Source of the DNA: Methanomethylovorans hollandica DSM 15978
Lineage (GTDB): Archaea > Halobacteriota > Methanosarcinia > Methanosarcinales > Methanosarcinaceae
DNA: 64,000 nucleotides
Direction of reading: 5' to 3'
NCBI RefSeq assembly: GCF_000328665.1
Contig: NC_019977.1
Span: forward strand, 1,426,001-1,490,000
Below the pieces are notes generated by a model. The model had not been told where the DNA came from and ran no database searches. It saw only the letters and a list, made by a program, of their open reading frames with translations. Positions 20,406 through 29,941 of the stretch are shown piece after piece. Position 1 is the stretch's first letter; every line of letters starts with the position of its first letter. A program made the position numbers and the translations under genes.

Positions 20406-20785
20406 TTAAGTGCCTCCTTCTTGATAAGATATAAGTATCCGAACAATACAACGAAAATAAAGATCAGCATTTCAATGGTTGCTATAGTCGTTATGCTTGG
20501 TTCTCTGAAAATAGTAGCCCATGGATACAAAAAAAGGACCTCTATATCGAACAAGACAAATGCAATGGCATACAAGTAATATTCAACATTGAACTGGATC
20601 CTCGCACTCCCAGTGGGAACGGAACCCGCCTCATATGTTTCATATTTTACAGGAGATTTGCTCCTCGGACTTAACTGCTTCACAAGAAGCATGGTCACCG
20701 GAGGCATTAAAAGCGCCACTACTAGAATTATCGCAACCGGAATGTAACTGTAGATTATGTTGCTAACATCGATTATTCCTGACAT
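20393..20785 (-). CDS. fpoA: F420H2 dehydrogenase subunit A
   Basis: YEAG, YYLYAIAFVLFDIEVLFLYPWA; GGTGA SD. Confidence 0.96.
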   Translation of the reverse strand: MSGIIDVSNIIYSYIPVAIILVVALLMPPVTMLLVKQLSPRSKSPVKYETYEAGSVPTGSARIQFNVEYYLYAIAFVLFDIEVLFLYPWATIFREPSITTIATIEMLIFIFVVLFGYLYLIKKEALKWQK

Positions 20786-21095
20786 AGTGATTCACCTGAA
20801 GATTACAACAATATACAGGTTATTTGTATAATTCTTTTTTTATGAAAAAGAGTATACTGTAACCTATTCTCAATGAATGTTGGTTCAGAATACGTTAAAG
20901 GTTATTAAATTTTGTGTTATGGCAAGTTGCAATTAGCCTTTTTAGCTATGTTTTTATCATGCAGACATCGCCATTACACTAAAAGGTGTGAACCCATAGA
21001 CAAAGGTTCTGCAGAAGAAATGCATCTTAATTGAACCGCAAGAGGGCGCAGAGCACACAGAGAATCAAAAAATATACAAAAAACTCAGCTCATTA

Positions 21096-21599
21096 TTAGA
21101 GCTGAGGAGAATAGTATTTTTTGATCAAAGTATCACATTCGGAGCAGGAAACTATCATCCAGTGCCCTACATCCGTGCGCACATATTTTTCAAAGATCGA
21201 AGAGCCACAATTCGGACACACATAATAGTCCTTGAAATAGTAATGGTAGAAATGTGGCGTTGTTTCAAGCCACTTCAGTACCATTTGCATGTGTGTGAAG
21301 TATTTCTGCTTAAGGGGAGCAGCATTGCTCTCAAGGGCACCTTGCACACGACTGGCTACATGCCGGATATGGCTTTCAGATTTATCTGTGAGCTTTTTGT
21401 AGTCCGATATATATCTTATCGTGTGATCCAGATATTGCAGATAGGCCTTATGCGCCTTAGGTTCCCTTTTCCAGATGGTCTGTATGAAGTATTCTCCCAT
21501 CACATCTTCCATGATATCTGCACATGTTGTACAGATATTATAATCCTTAAAATGACGGGAATCCTGCTCACCCCCGCATATAACACATGTTTCCATCAT
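21096..21599 (-). CDS. Hypothetical protein with two zinc-finger-like CxxC pairs
   Basis: CVIC...CTTC at the N-terminus, CPNC...CSEC at the C-terminus; GGGGTGA SD before ATG 21599. Confidence 0.7.
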   Translation of the reverse strand: MMETCVICGGEQDSRHFKDYNICTTCADIMEDVMGEYFIQTIWKREPKAHKAYLQYLDHTIRYISDYKKLTDKSESHIRHVASRVQGALESNAAPLKQKYFTHMQMVLKWLETTPHFYHYYFKDYYVCPNCGSSIFEKYVRTDVGHWMIVSCSECDTLIKKYYSPQL

Positions 21600-21624
21600 G
21601 TCACCCCTGATTATCCTCAACTTA

Positions 21625-22080
21625 TCAAGTAATCGATATCGGCTTCATGGCTTCCCGGGTAAACATTATGGGGAATATGTTCAGCACTGCAAGCAGATCG
21701 CCACTGTGCACTTTTCCGGACTCCTGCCCCAGCACATAAGCATATGTGATAGTGCGTTCAGTGTCCACCGGCTTGGCACCTCCATCTGTACCCACCTTTA
21801 TGAGAGAAACGAACGCATGGTGAGTAAATGTGCAAGGTATGGCGATCGTGTCAGGCTCGATACTGATATCCTTCACACGCAGTTTCTTGAACTCACCTGC
21901 CCTGATGTCTGCATCCTCTGTGGCTATCACCATTTCCCACTTTGCTCTTGTGGCGATGGTGAATTCGTATGTTGCAGCGCTTATTTTCTTACACTTGATG
22001 TCACCGTTCTCACGACAAACGACCTGAACTATTTCCTGCTTCATTGCATCACCATGAATAGTTGGTCTATTATAGTACAT
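21625..22080 (-). CDS. DUF22-family archaeal protein
   Basis: KWEMVIATED, AGEFKKLRV, GDLLAVLNIFP pattern; true start may be the ATG at 22044. Confidence 0.7.
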   Translation of the reverse strand: MYYNRPTIHGDAMKQEIVQVVCRENGDIKCKKISAATYEFTIATRAKWEMVIATEDADIRAGEFKKLRVKDISIEPDTIAIPCTFTHHAFVSLIKVGTDGGAKPVDTERTITYAYVLGQESGKVHSGDLLAVLNIFPIMFTREAMKPISIT

Positions 22081-22161
22081 ATAGATTTCGAGAAAACTTC
22101 ATTAATAATCATTACATATGGTGGGCAGAAAAAACAAGATGTAAAAAATATGTATGAACGC

Positions 22162-22611
22162 TCATTTCCTTAACATAATACACGTTTTCTCTTTATGACA
22201 TTTAGTAGTGAGAAGACTATTTGATTCAAGCACACCATCTATGTTGGTTAGTACATGGATAACATTCTCTTTCAATGAATGGATATCACAGGTCCTTACC
22301 TTTAACAGAAGATCATAAGGCTCCAGAAGTTCATAGATCTCAAGCACATCATTGATATTCTTGAGTTTATTGATCACACTTATCCTTTTACTCTGTTCTA
22401 TTCTAAGACCTATATAGGTAGTTACATTTAACCCGATGCTCATAGGATCGATCAAAATGGTGAATTGCTTGACAACCCCGCTGCTCTGAAGTTTTTCGAT
22501 CCTTTTGTGAACAGTAGATGTAGCAAGCCCGAGATTGCTGGCTATTTCAGTGCTGTGAATCCTGGAATTATGTGTGAGGTGTTCCAAAATAGCAAAGTCT
22601 AGATCGTCCAT
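22162..22611 (-). CDS. Lrp/AsnC-family transcriptional regulator
   Basis: MDDLDFAILEHL...IASNLGLATSTVHKRIEKL...GVVKQFT HTH plus RAM domain. Confidence 0.92.
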   Translation of the reverse strand: MDDLDFAILEHLTHNSRIHSTEIASNLGLATSTVHKRIEKLQSSGVVKQFTILIDPMSIGLNVTTYIGLRIEQSKRISVINKLKNINDVLEIYELLEPYDLLLKVRTCDIHSLKENVIHVLTNIDGVLESNSLLTTKCHKEKTCIMLRK

Positions 22612-22687
22612 ATTAATATATTTAATAGTTTATGGTATATGATAGTTTTCTTTCGGCCAGCAATAAGAAATCAATGTAACATGAGCT

Positions 22688-23905
22688 GTCAATAACCAAC
22701 GACTAAAGGCGTTGGCTTGCGATTCAAATTCCCTTTCGGGCAGACCGCTATAGGCATATTGACTAATGCCCTTGCTGCTATGTTTTTAGCAGCATTATAA
22801 TCGGCGTGTTCAGTATGACCACAATCTAAACACTTAAATTCTGCCTGAGAAGTTCTGTTGTTCTTGTCTATGTATCCACATACAGAACATTCTCTGCTAG
22901 TGTTTCTTGGGTTAACTGATACAAAAGGCACTCCTATTAACTTTGATTTATATTCTAAAAAGAGCTTAAGTTGACTGAAAGCCCATTTCCCGAATTGTTC
23001 ACGCTGTGCTTTCTTAACAGTAGTCCTAGAGCGAATATGTGTCAGTTCCTCTACAGCAATTGCTCTATTCATGTCTTTAGCTACCTGAACAATTTGTTTA
23101 GCAATAATATGATTGGTGTTAGTTTTAAAACGTCTTTCCTTGCCCGATATTTTCTTCAGGTGGCGTTTAGCTGACTTTGTACCAACACTCTGAAGAGTTG
23201 ACTTTAGCTTAGAAAAGTGTTCTCTCACTTCATTGCATTTATCGCTGGAGTAGATCACTCCATCGCTGGTTGTTGCAATGTTAACAACACCCATATCTAC
23301 ACCTAATACTCCTTCTGGAGTCAAAGGTATTTCTTCTGGTACATCTACAACAATGCATAGGTACAGATCCCCTTTGATATATATCAGGTCAACTTGTCCT
23401 TTTATCCTACTCATTTTCAGCTTTGCATAACTACCATATACCATCGGAACAACGATTCTGCCTTCTAGAGTTGTTATGCTTGCTTTATCAAGTCCTTTAA
23501 AAGATAACACTCTCTGGTCATAGACAATTGCACCAAACTTATCAAAAAGATGCAAGCACGTCTTATCGATCTTATAAGATTCAACGACCTTTGAAATTGC
23601 TCTAATCGCTAACTGTGCTGGAAGATTGAACTCTTTACGAATATCATAGTAACATTTCTGTTGGAGCTTAAACTTATTGTAACATTTCAGTTCAAATGCT
23701 ATTTTTGAAATGCTATTACATGCATTGTTAAATTGTTCCATAGTATCTACTAACTTCTTTTTCTGTTCTACAGCAGGATAGAGTTTAGCTTTCAAAGTTA
23801 GTAGCATAGTATTGATATAATACTTCAATGCATATGTAGTTATCGTGTAGCAGATACGGCATTCCTCCCACGGCTAAAGCTCGTGGGCTTCCTGCCTGCT
23901 TAATC
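22688..23905 (-). mobile_element. IS200/IS605-family (IS1341-type, tnpB-only) element 1
   Basis: Right-end hairpin CCAACGACTAAAGGCGTTGG with element end TTGAC on the minus strand; left-end hairpin CCCACGGCTAAAGCTCGTGGG; TTCAC just outside the inferred left end. Confidence 0.85.
22689..23828 (-). CDS. tnpB: RNA-guided endonuclease TnpB
   Basis: RuvC residues in GVDMG / AVEEL / HADYNAA; zinc finger CSVC-CLDC. Confidence 0.95.
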   Translation of the reverse strand: MKYYINTMLLTLKAKLYPAVEQKKKLVDTMEQFNNACNSISKIAFELKCYNKFKLQQKCYYDIRKEFNLPAQLAIRAISKVVESYKIDKTCLHLFDKFGAIVYDQRVLSFKGLDKASITTLEGRIVVPMVYGSYAKLKMSRIKGQVDLIYIKGDLYLCIVVDVPEEIPLTPEGVLGVDMGVVNIATTSDGVIYSSDKCNEVREHFSKLKSTLQSVGTKSAKRHLKKISGKERRFKTNTNHIIAKQIVQVAKDMNRAIAVEELTHIRSRTTVKKAQREQFGKWAFSQLKLFLEYKSKLIGVPFVSVNPRNTSRECSVCGYIDKNNRTSQAEFKCLDCGHTEHADYNAAKNIAARALVNMPIAVCPKGNLNRKPTPLVVGY

Positions 23906-24163
23906 GTGAAAATATGTGAAAATATGAATATGCATAAGGCAGCAAAATGCTGCCAGGAATTTTAAATGAACTTCTTTTTTATTTTATAATTAAATGAGAT
24001 ATTTTGCTTCTCCTTTAAAAATTAATCTAAATTTATATCAGAAACATATCAGTTGTTCATATACACAACCGAAAATTTCAGTCATGCAAAAAACGAAAGC
24101 CTTATTAATAGATGCCTTTTATGCTTATTATCTATTATTTTAAAAAAGGCCAGGTGATCTATT

Positions 24164-24940
24164 TTGAAAAAAATACTAAACTTCCTAGTATTAGGACTGA
24201 TGATTGCGGTCCTGGTAACGACCTCAGGATGCACGGACAAGAATGCTGGAGCAAACAGTACCCAGAAAACATACGTAGTTGGTACAGAACCTTATTTCCC
24301 TCCATTCGAATATGCTGAAGAAAACAATAGCAAGAATATAGTTGGTTTTGATGTTGATCTCATCAACGCCATAGCTGCAGACCAGGGATTCAAAGTTCAA
24401 TGGAAGGATCTTGAATTCGATGCGCTGATACCGGCTCTGCAGTCAGGGCAGATCGACATGATCGCTTCAGGCATGACCATCACAGAAGAGCGTGAAAACG
24501 CTGTAGACTTTACCGAACCTTATATCAATGCGGGGCTGGCCCTTGCGGTTGCTGTCAGCAATGAAGAGATAAAAGGTGTTGATGACCTCAAGGGCAAGGT
24601 CGCTGCCGTACAGCAGGGTTCAACCGGCTCTCATGAAGCTGAAAAGCTAAAAGCTGAAGGCAAGATCGGAGATATAATCTATCTTGCACATGTGAACGAT
24701 ATAATTCTGAACATCCAGAACGAACGTGCAGACTTTACCATAAATGATCTGCCAGTGACCCAGGCTTTTATGAGCCAGAATCCGGGCGTCATAAAGATCG
24801 TGGATGATGAACTTACAAGTGATTCGTATGGTTTTGCAGTAAAGAGCGGGAACACTGAACTTCTCACTATGCTCAACCAGGGTCTTGAAAACGTCAAACA
24901 GGACGGAACATACGATCAGATAATGACAAAGTACTTCTGA
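24164..24940 (+). CDS. Polar/basic amino-acid ABC transporter substrate-binding lipoprotein
   Basis: Lipobox SGC, FPPFEY, GFDVDL, FDALIPALQSGQID, DGTYDQI. Confidence 0.92.
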   Translation: MKKILNFLVLGLMIAVLVTTSGCTDKNAGANSTQKTYVVGTEPYFPPFEYAEENNSKNIVGFDVDLINAIAADQGFKVQWKDLEFDALIPALQSGQIDMIASGMTITEERENAVDFTEPYINAGLALAVAVSNEEIKGVDDLKGKVAAVQQGSTGSHEAEKLKAEGKIGDIIYLAHVNDIILNIQNERADFTINDLPVTQAFMSQNPGVIKIVDDELTSDSYGFAVKSGNTELLTMLNQGLENVKQDGTYDQIMTKYF

Positions 24941-24951
24941 ATTTTCCAGTT

Positions 24952-24984
24952 GCATGCGACTTTTGTTGCATGCCATAATTTTTA
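24952..24984 (+). terminator. Probable terminator
   Basis: GCATGCGAC-TTTT-GTTGCATGC hairpin followed by a T-rich tract. Confidence 0.55.
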
Positions 24985-25062
24985 TCCAGATCTGTCCAGG
25001 TCCGGTTAACTCCTTATAGGGATCTTCTAATTAGAACCTGAACTTAAAAACATATTGAGGAT

Positions 25063-25358
25063 TTCGATCAATCTCTTTGTGATCGATTGATACAATTTTT
25101 TATCAATGACAGGAAGCTAAGGAGCAAATAGCAAGCTTTGCGCCCTTGTGTCCTTGCGTTTAAAATTATTTGCATTAAGATATTAATATGAACCTAAACA
25201 ATCAACTAAAGAAATTAATGTTAAATTATAATTTTATTTTATAATTAGTAAAATACGTACACAATTATTATCAACGCAAAGGCGCTAAGAAGCCAGGACT
25301 GCCACACTCTTTGTTTCTTTGAACCTTGGCTTCTTTGTGCTGCGGATGCTTGCAGTAA
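25063..25358 (+). repeat. Octamer-unit palindromic repeat family, two tandem copies with AT-rich linker
   Basis: CTTTGCGCCCTTGTGTCCTTGCGTTTAAAATTATTTGCATTAAG and TACACAAT..AACGCAAAGGCGCTAAG; near-identical segments at 32661-32810 and 36101-36214. Confidence 0.85.
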
Positions 25359-25395
25359 ATAAGTGGAGAAAAGGTAGCAAATCACTAAATAGAAA

Positions 25396-25607
25396 GGTTC
25401 TCTTCAACATCGTGTGGGTAATTGCAGCACCGATACATCACCAATCCCCTATAAAATAACAATGCACTGTATACAAGTATCTACTGAATTTAGGAATATG
25501 CATCATGTAACATAGTTGTCAATACCGCCAAGACCTGGTCACTAAATCAGAAAACGCTTTTGTTCCAAATACCTTAAGAATTTACCCACTCAATGTTGTG
25601 GAGATCC
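25396..25607. mobile_element. 212-bp non-autonomous MITE with ISL3 ends
   Basis: Ends GGTTCTCTTCAACATCGTGTGGGTAA and TTACCCACTCAATGTTGTGGAGATCC match the ISL3 at 38588-39862; 8-bp target duplication AATAGAAA at 25388-25395 and 25608-25615. Confidence 0.93.
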
Positions 25608-25653
25608 AATAGAAATATATGCAAGTGCATAACTATATGTAATTGGTGATGTT

Positions 25654-25716
25654 ATGAAAAGATTCACTGTTTCTCTCCCCGATGAACTTAAAAAAGAGAT
25701 GGATGTTTTCCCTGAT
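25654..25716 (+). pseudogene. RHH/CopG-type antitoxin N-terminus, interrupted by tnpB element 2
   Basis: GGTGA SD then MKRFTVSLPDELKKEMDVFPD, cut at the IS right end. Confidence 0.7.
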
Positions 25717-25860
25717 GTGAACTACCACTCAGCTAAAGACCGAGTGGCTTCCTGCTTCATTCCTTGAACTATCGTTCACAAGTCCACAGGCTCTTCCCGT
25801 AGTTCCTACGGTGCTCAAAGACATATTAGATTTTGGTCGATGAGAGCAAATTTCTTGATA
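25717..25860 (-). ncRNA. Predicted omega/reRNA scaffold of tnpB element 2
   Basis: Stems between the tnpB stop and the right end covary with the equivalent region of element 5; 5' boundary approximate. Confidence 0.65.
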
Positions 25861-26927
25861 TTGATAGCAGCGTTGATGTCCCTATCGTGCTTTGTAGCAC
25901 ATTCTGGACATTCCCATTCTCTATCTCTCAATTGAAGCTCTTTGTTATGGTATCCACACATACTACAGAGCTTTGAAGATGGCTCAAACTGTCCAATCCT
26001 CAGTACAGTTTTTCCCAACCATGCAGCTTTGTATTCCAGTTTTGTTACAAAGCTACTCCATGCTGAATCGCCTATTGATTGTGCTAAGTTGTGATTCTTA
26101 ATCATTCCTTTAACATTCAGAGTTTCCAATGCTATTGCTTGGTTCTCGCTAATCAGTTTAAAAGATAGTTTATTCTGGAAATCGTTTCTCTGATTTGCTA
26201 TTTTGTCATGGAGTGATGAAAGCCTTTGTTTAGCCTTTGCTCTATTCTGAGAGCCTTTTTGTTTCTTTGATACTCTTTTTTGTAATACCTTCAATCGTTG
26301 TAAGGAGTTCTTCAAGTGTCTTGGGTTCTCAATCTTTTCACCAGTAGAGAGTACAGCAAAATCTTTGATACCAACATCTATTCCAACCGTAGTGGAATCT
26401 GAGAACTCTTGCTTTACTGGAATTTCGTTTCCATCCTCAACAAGAATGCTGATATAGTAATATCCTTTACATGACTTTGATACTGTAGCTGTTTTAAGTT
26501 CTCCCTCAAAAACTCTGTGGAGTACAGCTTTGATTTCTCCAATCTTGGGAAGTTTCACAGTATTGTTGTCAAAGTTCACCGTGTAATGCTGTGGTACTGG
26601 AAAAGACTGTATTGGATTCTTCTTTGATTTGAATCTAGGAAATCCATTTTTCTCTCTAAAGAATCGAGTGAAAGCCGATTCAACCTGCTTTGTCATGCCT
26701 TGCAATGACTGAGAATTAACTTCTCCTAACCATTTGTTAGATTCTTTCAATGCAGGAATCATCTTGTTCAAATCGAATCTGGAAACAGATTTTCCAGTCT
26801 GTTCGTATGTTATGATTTTCTGGTCTAACGCCCAATTGTAGACAAACCTACAGCTACCTATGTGCTGATTCAATTGCACAGCTTGGGTAAGAGTAGGATA
26901 TAGTCTAAACTTGAACGCTTTCAGCAT
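25815..26927 (-). CDS. tnpB: RNA-guided endonuclease TnpB
   Basis: MLKAFKFRLYP HTH; GIDVG / ALETL / DRDINAA RuvC; CSMC-CPEC. Confidence 0.96.
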   Translation of the reverse strand: MLKAFKFRLYPTLTQAVQLNQHIGSCRFVYNWALDQKIITYEQTGKSVSRFDLNKMIPALKESNKWLGEVNSQSLQGMTKQVESAFTRFFREKNGFPRFKSKKNPIQSFPVPQHYTVNFDNNTVKLPKIGEIKAVLHRVFEGELKTATVSKSCKGYYYISILVEDGNEIPVKQEFSDSTTVGIDVGIKDFAVLSTGEKIENPRHLKNSLQRLKVLQKRVSKKQKGSQNRAKAKQRLSSLHDKIANQRNDFQNKLSFKLISENQAIALETLNVKGMIKNHNLAQSIGDSAWSSFVTKLEYKAAWLGKTVLRIGQFEPSSKLCSMCGYHNKELQLRDREWECPECATKHDRDINAAINIKKFALIDQNLICL

Positions 26928-26969
26928 ACAAAGGTATTATATGCTTTAACAACATATACAGCTTTTGGT

Positions 26970-27161
26970 AAAAATTAGTGTACTATCCATATCATAAGGC
27001 TGAAACAGGAGTCTACTCACCGATTATGGAAAGCAAAAAGAGAGTATATATGTGAGCATTATTGGGGAGAAAACACATTATGGAGTGATGGATATTTTGT
27101 ATCCACCATTGGAAATGTTAGTAAGGAAGCTATGGAATATTACATTCGGAATCAGGGATGA
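26970..27161 (+). pseudogene. tnpA: IS200-type Y1 transposase TnpA, C-terminal remnant
   Basis: Frame from 27000 reads LKQESTHRLW...LWSDGYFVSTIGNVSKEAMEYYIRNQG*; no start codon and no HUH-containing N-terminal half. Confidence 0.88.
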
Positions 27162-27218
27162 GTGTACGCTTATATCCCCTGAGCTAAAGACTCAGGGGTT
27201 TTACGCTGCTTTTTATAA

Positions 27219-27360
27219 ATGGAGTTTTTCATTGATGTAAATATTATCCTGCCTGCATTAATAGCAGCGAAAGGAAAGACATTTCCACTTATCTACAATG
27301 ATCATTTAAAGTTATTTGCATCTAAATTTTTACTTGAGGAAGTCGAGAAATACAAAAAAC
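27219..27360 (+). pseudogene. PIN-domain (VapC-like) toxin, truncated
   Basis: MEFFIDVNIILPALI...LFASKFLLEEVEKY resembles a PIN N-terminus; similarity is lost after about 46 aa. Confidence 0.65.
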
Positions 27361-27431
27361 GATGTAGAAATGCTCATGATTTCCGATCAGTACAGAGATT
27401 TGTCGGTGAAAGCGTATTCGGTGAAATGATT

Positions 27432-28184
27432 CTAACGTGTCAGAGACAATAGTTGTTCAATAATCTTCCTGGCAAAACCTTGTGATATCCTGCCGTATTT
27501 CTCTATGCCTTCATTTGTTTCGTACACTGAGATCAAGGATCTTTCAAGGAAAGGATAATTTCTAAATAACTTACCGAGTACATATATATTCAAATCTCTT
27601 CCTCCGTGTTCCGGATCCAGTAATGCCAGAACATCAGCTCGATCCTTTACGACCTTTCCTGTTTCCCAAAGCAGATCGTCACATAGGTCATGATCTATCC
27701 GGTACTGTCGATCCCATATTGCTTTCAGTTTAAGCACCAATAATGTTACTCTGTTGGGAACAGCTACTTCGATGCCGCCACGGATATTTCTCATTTCCGT
27801 ATTTTCTTCAAGGATGTGCAGGTCCATAAATATGTCTTCAATTCCTTCAAAAAGATAGGGCTTCTGCAACGTGGCAAAATCAATGATTATAGGACCGGCT
27901 TCTGTCAACTTTTGCACGCTTGTGGATAGGCCTGGAAGCCTGTATGGTTCAAATCCTCTTTTTTCTCTCAGATGATGCATTATTCCTTTACGTGTCCGGC
28001 TATTTGTGACCAGATCGATATCTATAGATCCGAACCAGGGATTATAGGAATCTACTGCCCAACCCCCTATGAGTACTGCCTTAGGTCCAGCATCATCATA
28101 CTTTTCTCGCAGATATTGTATAATTTCATTTAACTCTGCCAGAGATAGTGCAATTATTCTTTGGCTGGGCTCATATTGTGCCAT
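27432..28184 (-). CDS. Nucleotidyltransferase, AbiEii-like type IV toxin
   Basis: VLIGGWAV...SIDIDLV Pol-beta NTase motif, LLVLKLKA, KDRADV; overlaps the upstream AbiEi-like gene. Confidence 0.75.
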   Translation of the reverse strand: MAQYEPSQRIIALSLAELNEIIQYLREKYDDAGPKAVLIGGWAVDSYNPWFGSIDIDLVTNSRTRKGIMHHLREKRGFEPYRLPGLSTSVQKLTEAGPIIIDFATLQKPYLFEGIEDIFMDLHILEENTEMRNIRGGIEVAVPNRVTLLVLKLKAIWDRQYRIDHDLCDDLLWETGKVVKDRADVLALLDPEHGGRDLNIYVLGKLFRNYPFLERSLISVYETNEGIEKYGRISQGFARKIIEQLLSLTR

Positions 28185-29190
28185 ACTCTGAAACCATCTG
28201 TTTTGTCACATCCATTGCAGAATAACCCATGCCTGCAAGGTCAAGCAGCGTCTGAGCCGGTGATACTATCCTGATACCTTCTATTTCCCGGGTGTTCTGA
28301 AAAAGTTCTCTGTCATGCTGGTAGATAAGCACTAAAACTCCTTTTTGCGAGCTGGACTTAAAAAGTTCCCTGAAATAGTCTAAATGTTCTCTTTTCATGT
28401 AAAGATATACAGCATCATGACGTACACCATAACCAGTGTACAGTGCTGCAGCAGTGTATGAGGTGAACCCAAAGGGCATATCATCCTGGGCCTTAAAGGC
28501 TGATGTTATCTCTTTTGCTGCAACTGCAGCTTCATCGAAATTGATCCGTATTTCACCGAGCCTGAGATTGGAAAACGGCCTTTCCCATGCAACACCATTG
28601 AGGAGCTTGTTCACATCCGAAATGCTTACATGGTTATTTTCCTGTTTAACGATATTCTGCTGCATCAATGTTCTGATGGTCTTGTATGCCCATCCGTAGG
28701 ACACGTTTTCCAGAAGTGAGAGCTGCCGAATTGAGGTTTTTTTCTCTTTGAGCAGGCGGGATATCACTTTCCATGCCTTTTCAGATGTTATCCTCTGGCC
28801 TGTGGGTGTGTATTGCTCCCTGCTTTCAGATTTTAATGACCAGGGAAGTTTTATTGCCTGCATGTCCAGCTGTTCCATAAGGTTTTCTTCCCGTTGGGGG
28901 AAATATTTAGCAGCAATGACCAGCTGCATCTTTTCTGTGTTTTTGTTGCGCAGCCAGAGGTCACGGAGGAGATTCAACCGTGAGATCGTATCGATGGTAA
29001 CCCTGGATCTTATCTCAATTAAATAAACCACATCAGCCTTTTTAAGCAGCAGGTCAGGAGTAAAAGGCAGATCCCCGAAGTCTGTTTCAACATCGGCTTT
29101 TTCCAAGCCTTCCGGAATACCTATAAAGTCCCGGACATATGCGCGGATATTTGTGTATTCTTCTGCTTGCTGCATTACCATAGTTATCAC
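28171..29190 (-). CDS. AbiEi-like antitoxin/regulator (PD-ExK-like N-terminus, winged HTH, AbiEi C-terminus)
   Basis: PDLLL...LIEIR; SIRQLSLLENVSYGWAYKTI HTH; IRIVSPAQTLLDL. Confidence 0.72.
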   Translation of the reverse strand: MITMVMQQAEEYTNIRAYVRDFIGIPEGLEKADVETDFGDLPFTPDLLLKKADVVYLIEIRSRVTIDTISRLNLLRDLWLRNKNTEKMQLVIAAKYFPQREENLMEQLDMQAIKLPWSLKSESREQYTPTGQRITSEKAWKVISRLLKEKKTSIRQLSLLENVSYGWAYKTIRTLMQQNIVKQENNHVSISDVNKLLNGVAWERPFSNLRLGEIRINFDEAAVAAKEITSAFKAQDDMPFGFTSYTAAALYTGYGVRHDAVYLYMKREHLDYFRELFKSSSQKGVLVLIYQHDRELFQNTREIEGIRIVSPAQTLLDLAGMGYSAMDVTKQMVSEYGTI

Positions 29191-29330
29191 TATATAGTGA
29201 TAACTATATAAAGATATCAGTAATACATATCACTTGTTAATGAAGAGCATATATAGGTATCACTGATAGGCTCTAGAGATAAGCTGTAATAATAAGCTAG
29301 AGAAGATTTCGATAAACTTCATTTTTAATC

Positions 29331-29420
29331 GATCTGCACAATATATTCTCAACGCAAAGTAGCAAAGATGAAACGTGCCGCCTGCAGCAGTGTGTTGTTT
29401 TGATACAAAATGCATAAATA
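29331..29420 (+). repeat. Octamer-unit palindromic repeat, degenerate copy
   Basis: ATCTGCACAATATATTCTCAACGCAAAG nearly identical to 31720-31747. Confidence 0.7.
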
Positions 29421-29492
29421 TTCTGAAGAACATCAACATCTGTTCAAAGGTCATCTGGCATTTTCAGAATATATAACAGAAAACAAAAAATG

Positions 29493-29720
29493 TTATAGCA
29501 TTCTTTTAAAGTCTTCAATGCTTAATCCGATATCTTTGATTATAGAACTTACGATCTTGGGATGCAAACTCTTTCCAGTATGGTAGGGTATTACAATTCT
29601 TTTTGCATCATTATTTCTGAATACCATGTGACTTCCTGACTGTCTAACAAGCTGAAATCCAAGACTTTCAACAATTCTGATCAACTGCTTAGCTGTTACC
29701 CTTGGCAGTTTTTCACTCAT
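29493..29720 (-). CDS. hicA: HicA-family mRNA interferase toxin
   Basis: LGFQLVRQSGSHMVF...IVIPYH motif. Confidence 0.92.
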   Translation of the reverse strand: MSEKLPRVTAKQLIRIVESLGFQLVRQSGSHMVFRNNDAKRIVIPYHTGKSLHPKIVSSIIKDIGLSIEDFKRML

Positions 29721-29941
29721 GCAGTGACCTCAACGGCTACCAGGCTGAATGAGTTGATATCTGAAATAAGATCCTCACATTCTTCCATATCCTGCAGGAC
29801 CAGCCTAATTGCATCTTTGATGTTCTCAAGTGCTTCTTCGTATGTATCGCCCTGAGAATAACACCCCTTAAGGGCCGGACACATCGCAAAATACCCGTCT
29901 TCATCTTTTTCTATTACAACAGGTAATGTGTATTTCTTCAT
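29717..29941 (-). CDS. hicB: HicB-family antitoxin
   Basis: GYFAMCPALKGCYSQGDTYEEALENIKDAI; ATGA overlap with hicA. Confidence 0.92.
   Translation of the reverse strand: MKKYTLPVVIEKDEDGYFAMCPALKGCYSQGDTYEEALENIKDAIRLVLQDMEECEDLISDINSFSLVAVEVTA

Larger units (their letters stand above)
25717..27214 (-). mobile_element. IS605-type element 2 (tnpB plus deleted tnpA)
   Basis: Right end TTCAC on the minus strand with hairpin CCACTCAGCTAAAGACCGAGTGG; left-end hairpin CCCCTGAGCTAAAGACTCAGGGG; TTTAT outside the left end; no TSD. Confidence 0.9.

Noticed and set aside
21034..21063. AACCGCAAGAGGGCGCAGAGCACACAGAG as a member of the octamer palindrome family
   Set aside because: Period is closer to 9 nt, with no complementary arm or conserved flanks; at most a distant relative
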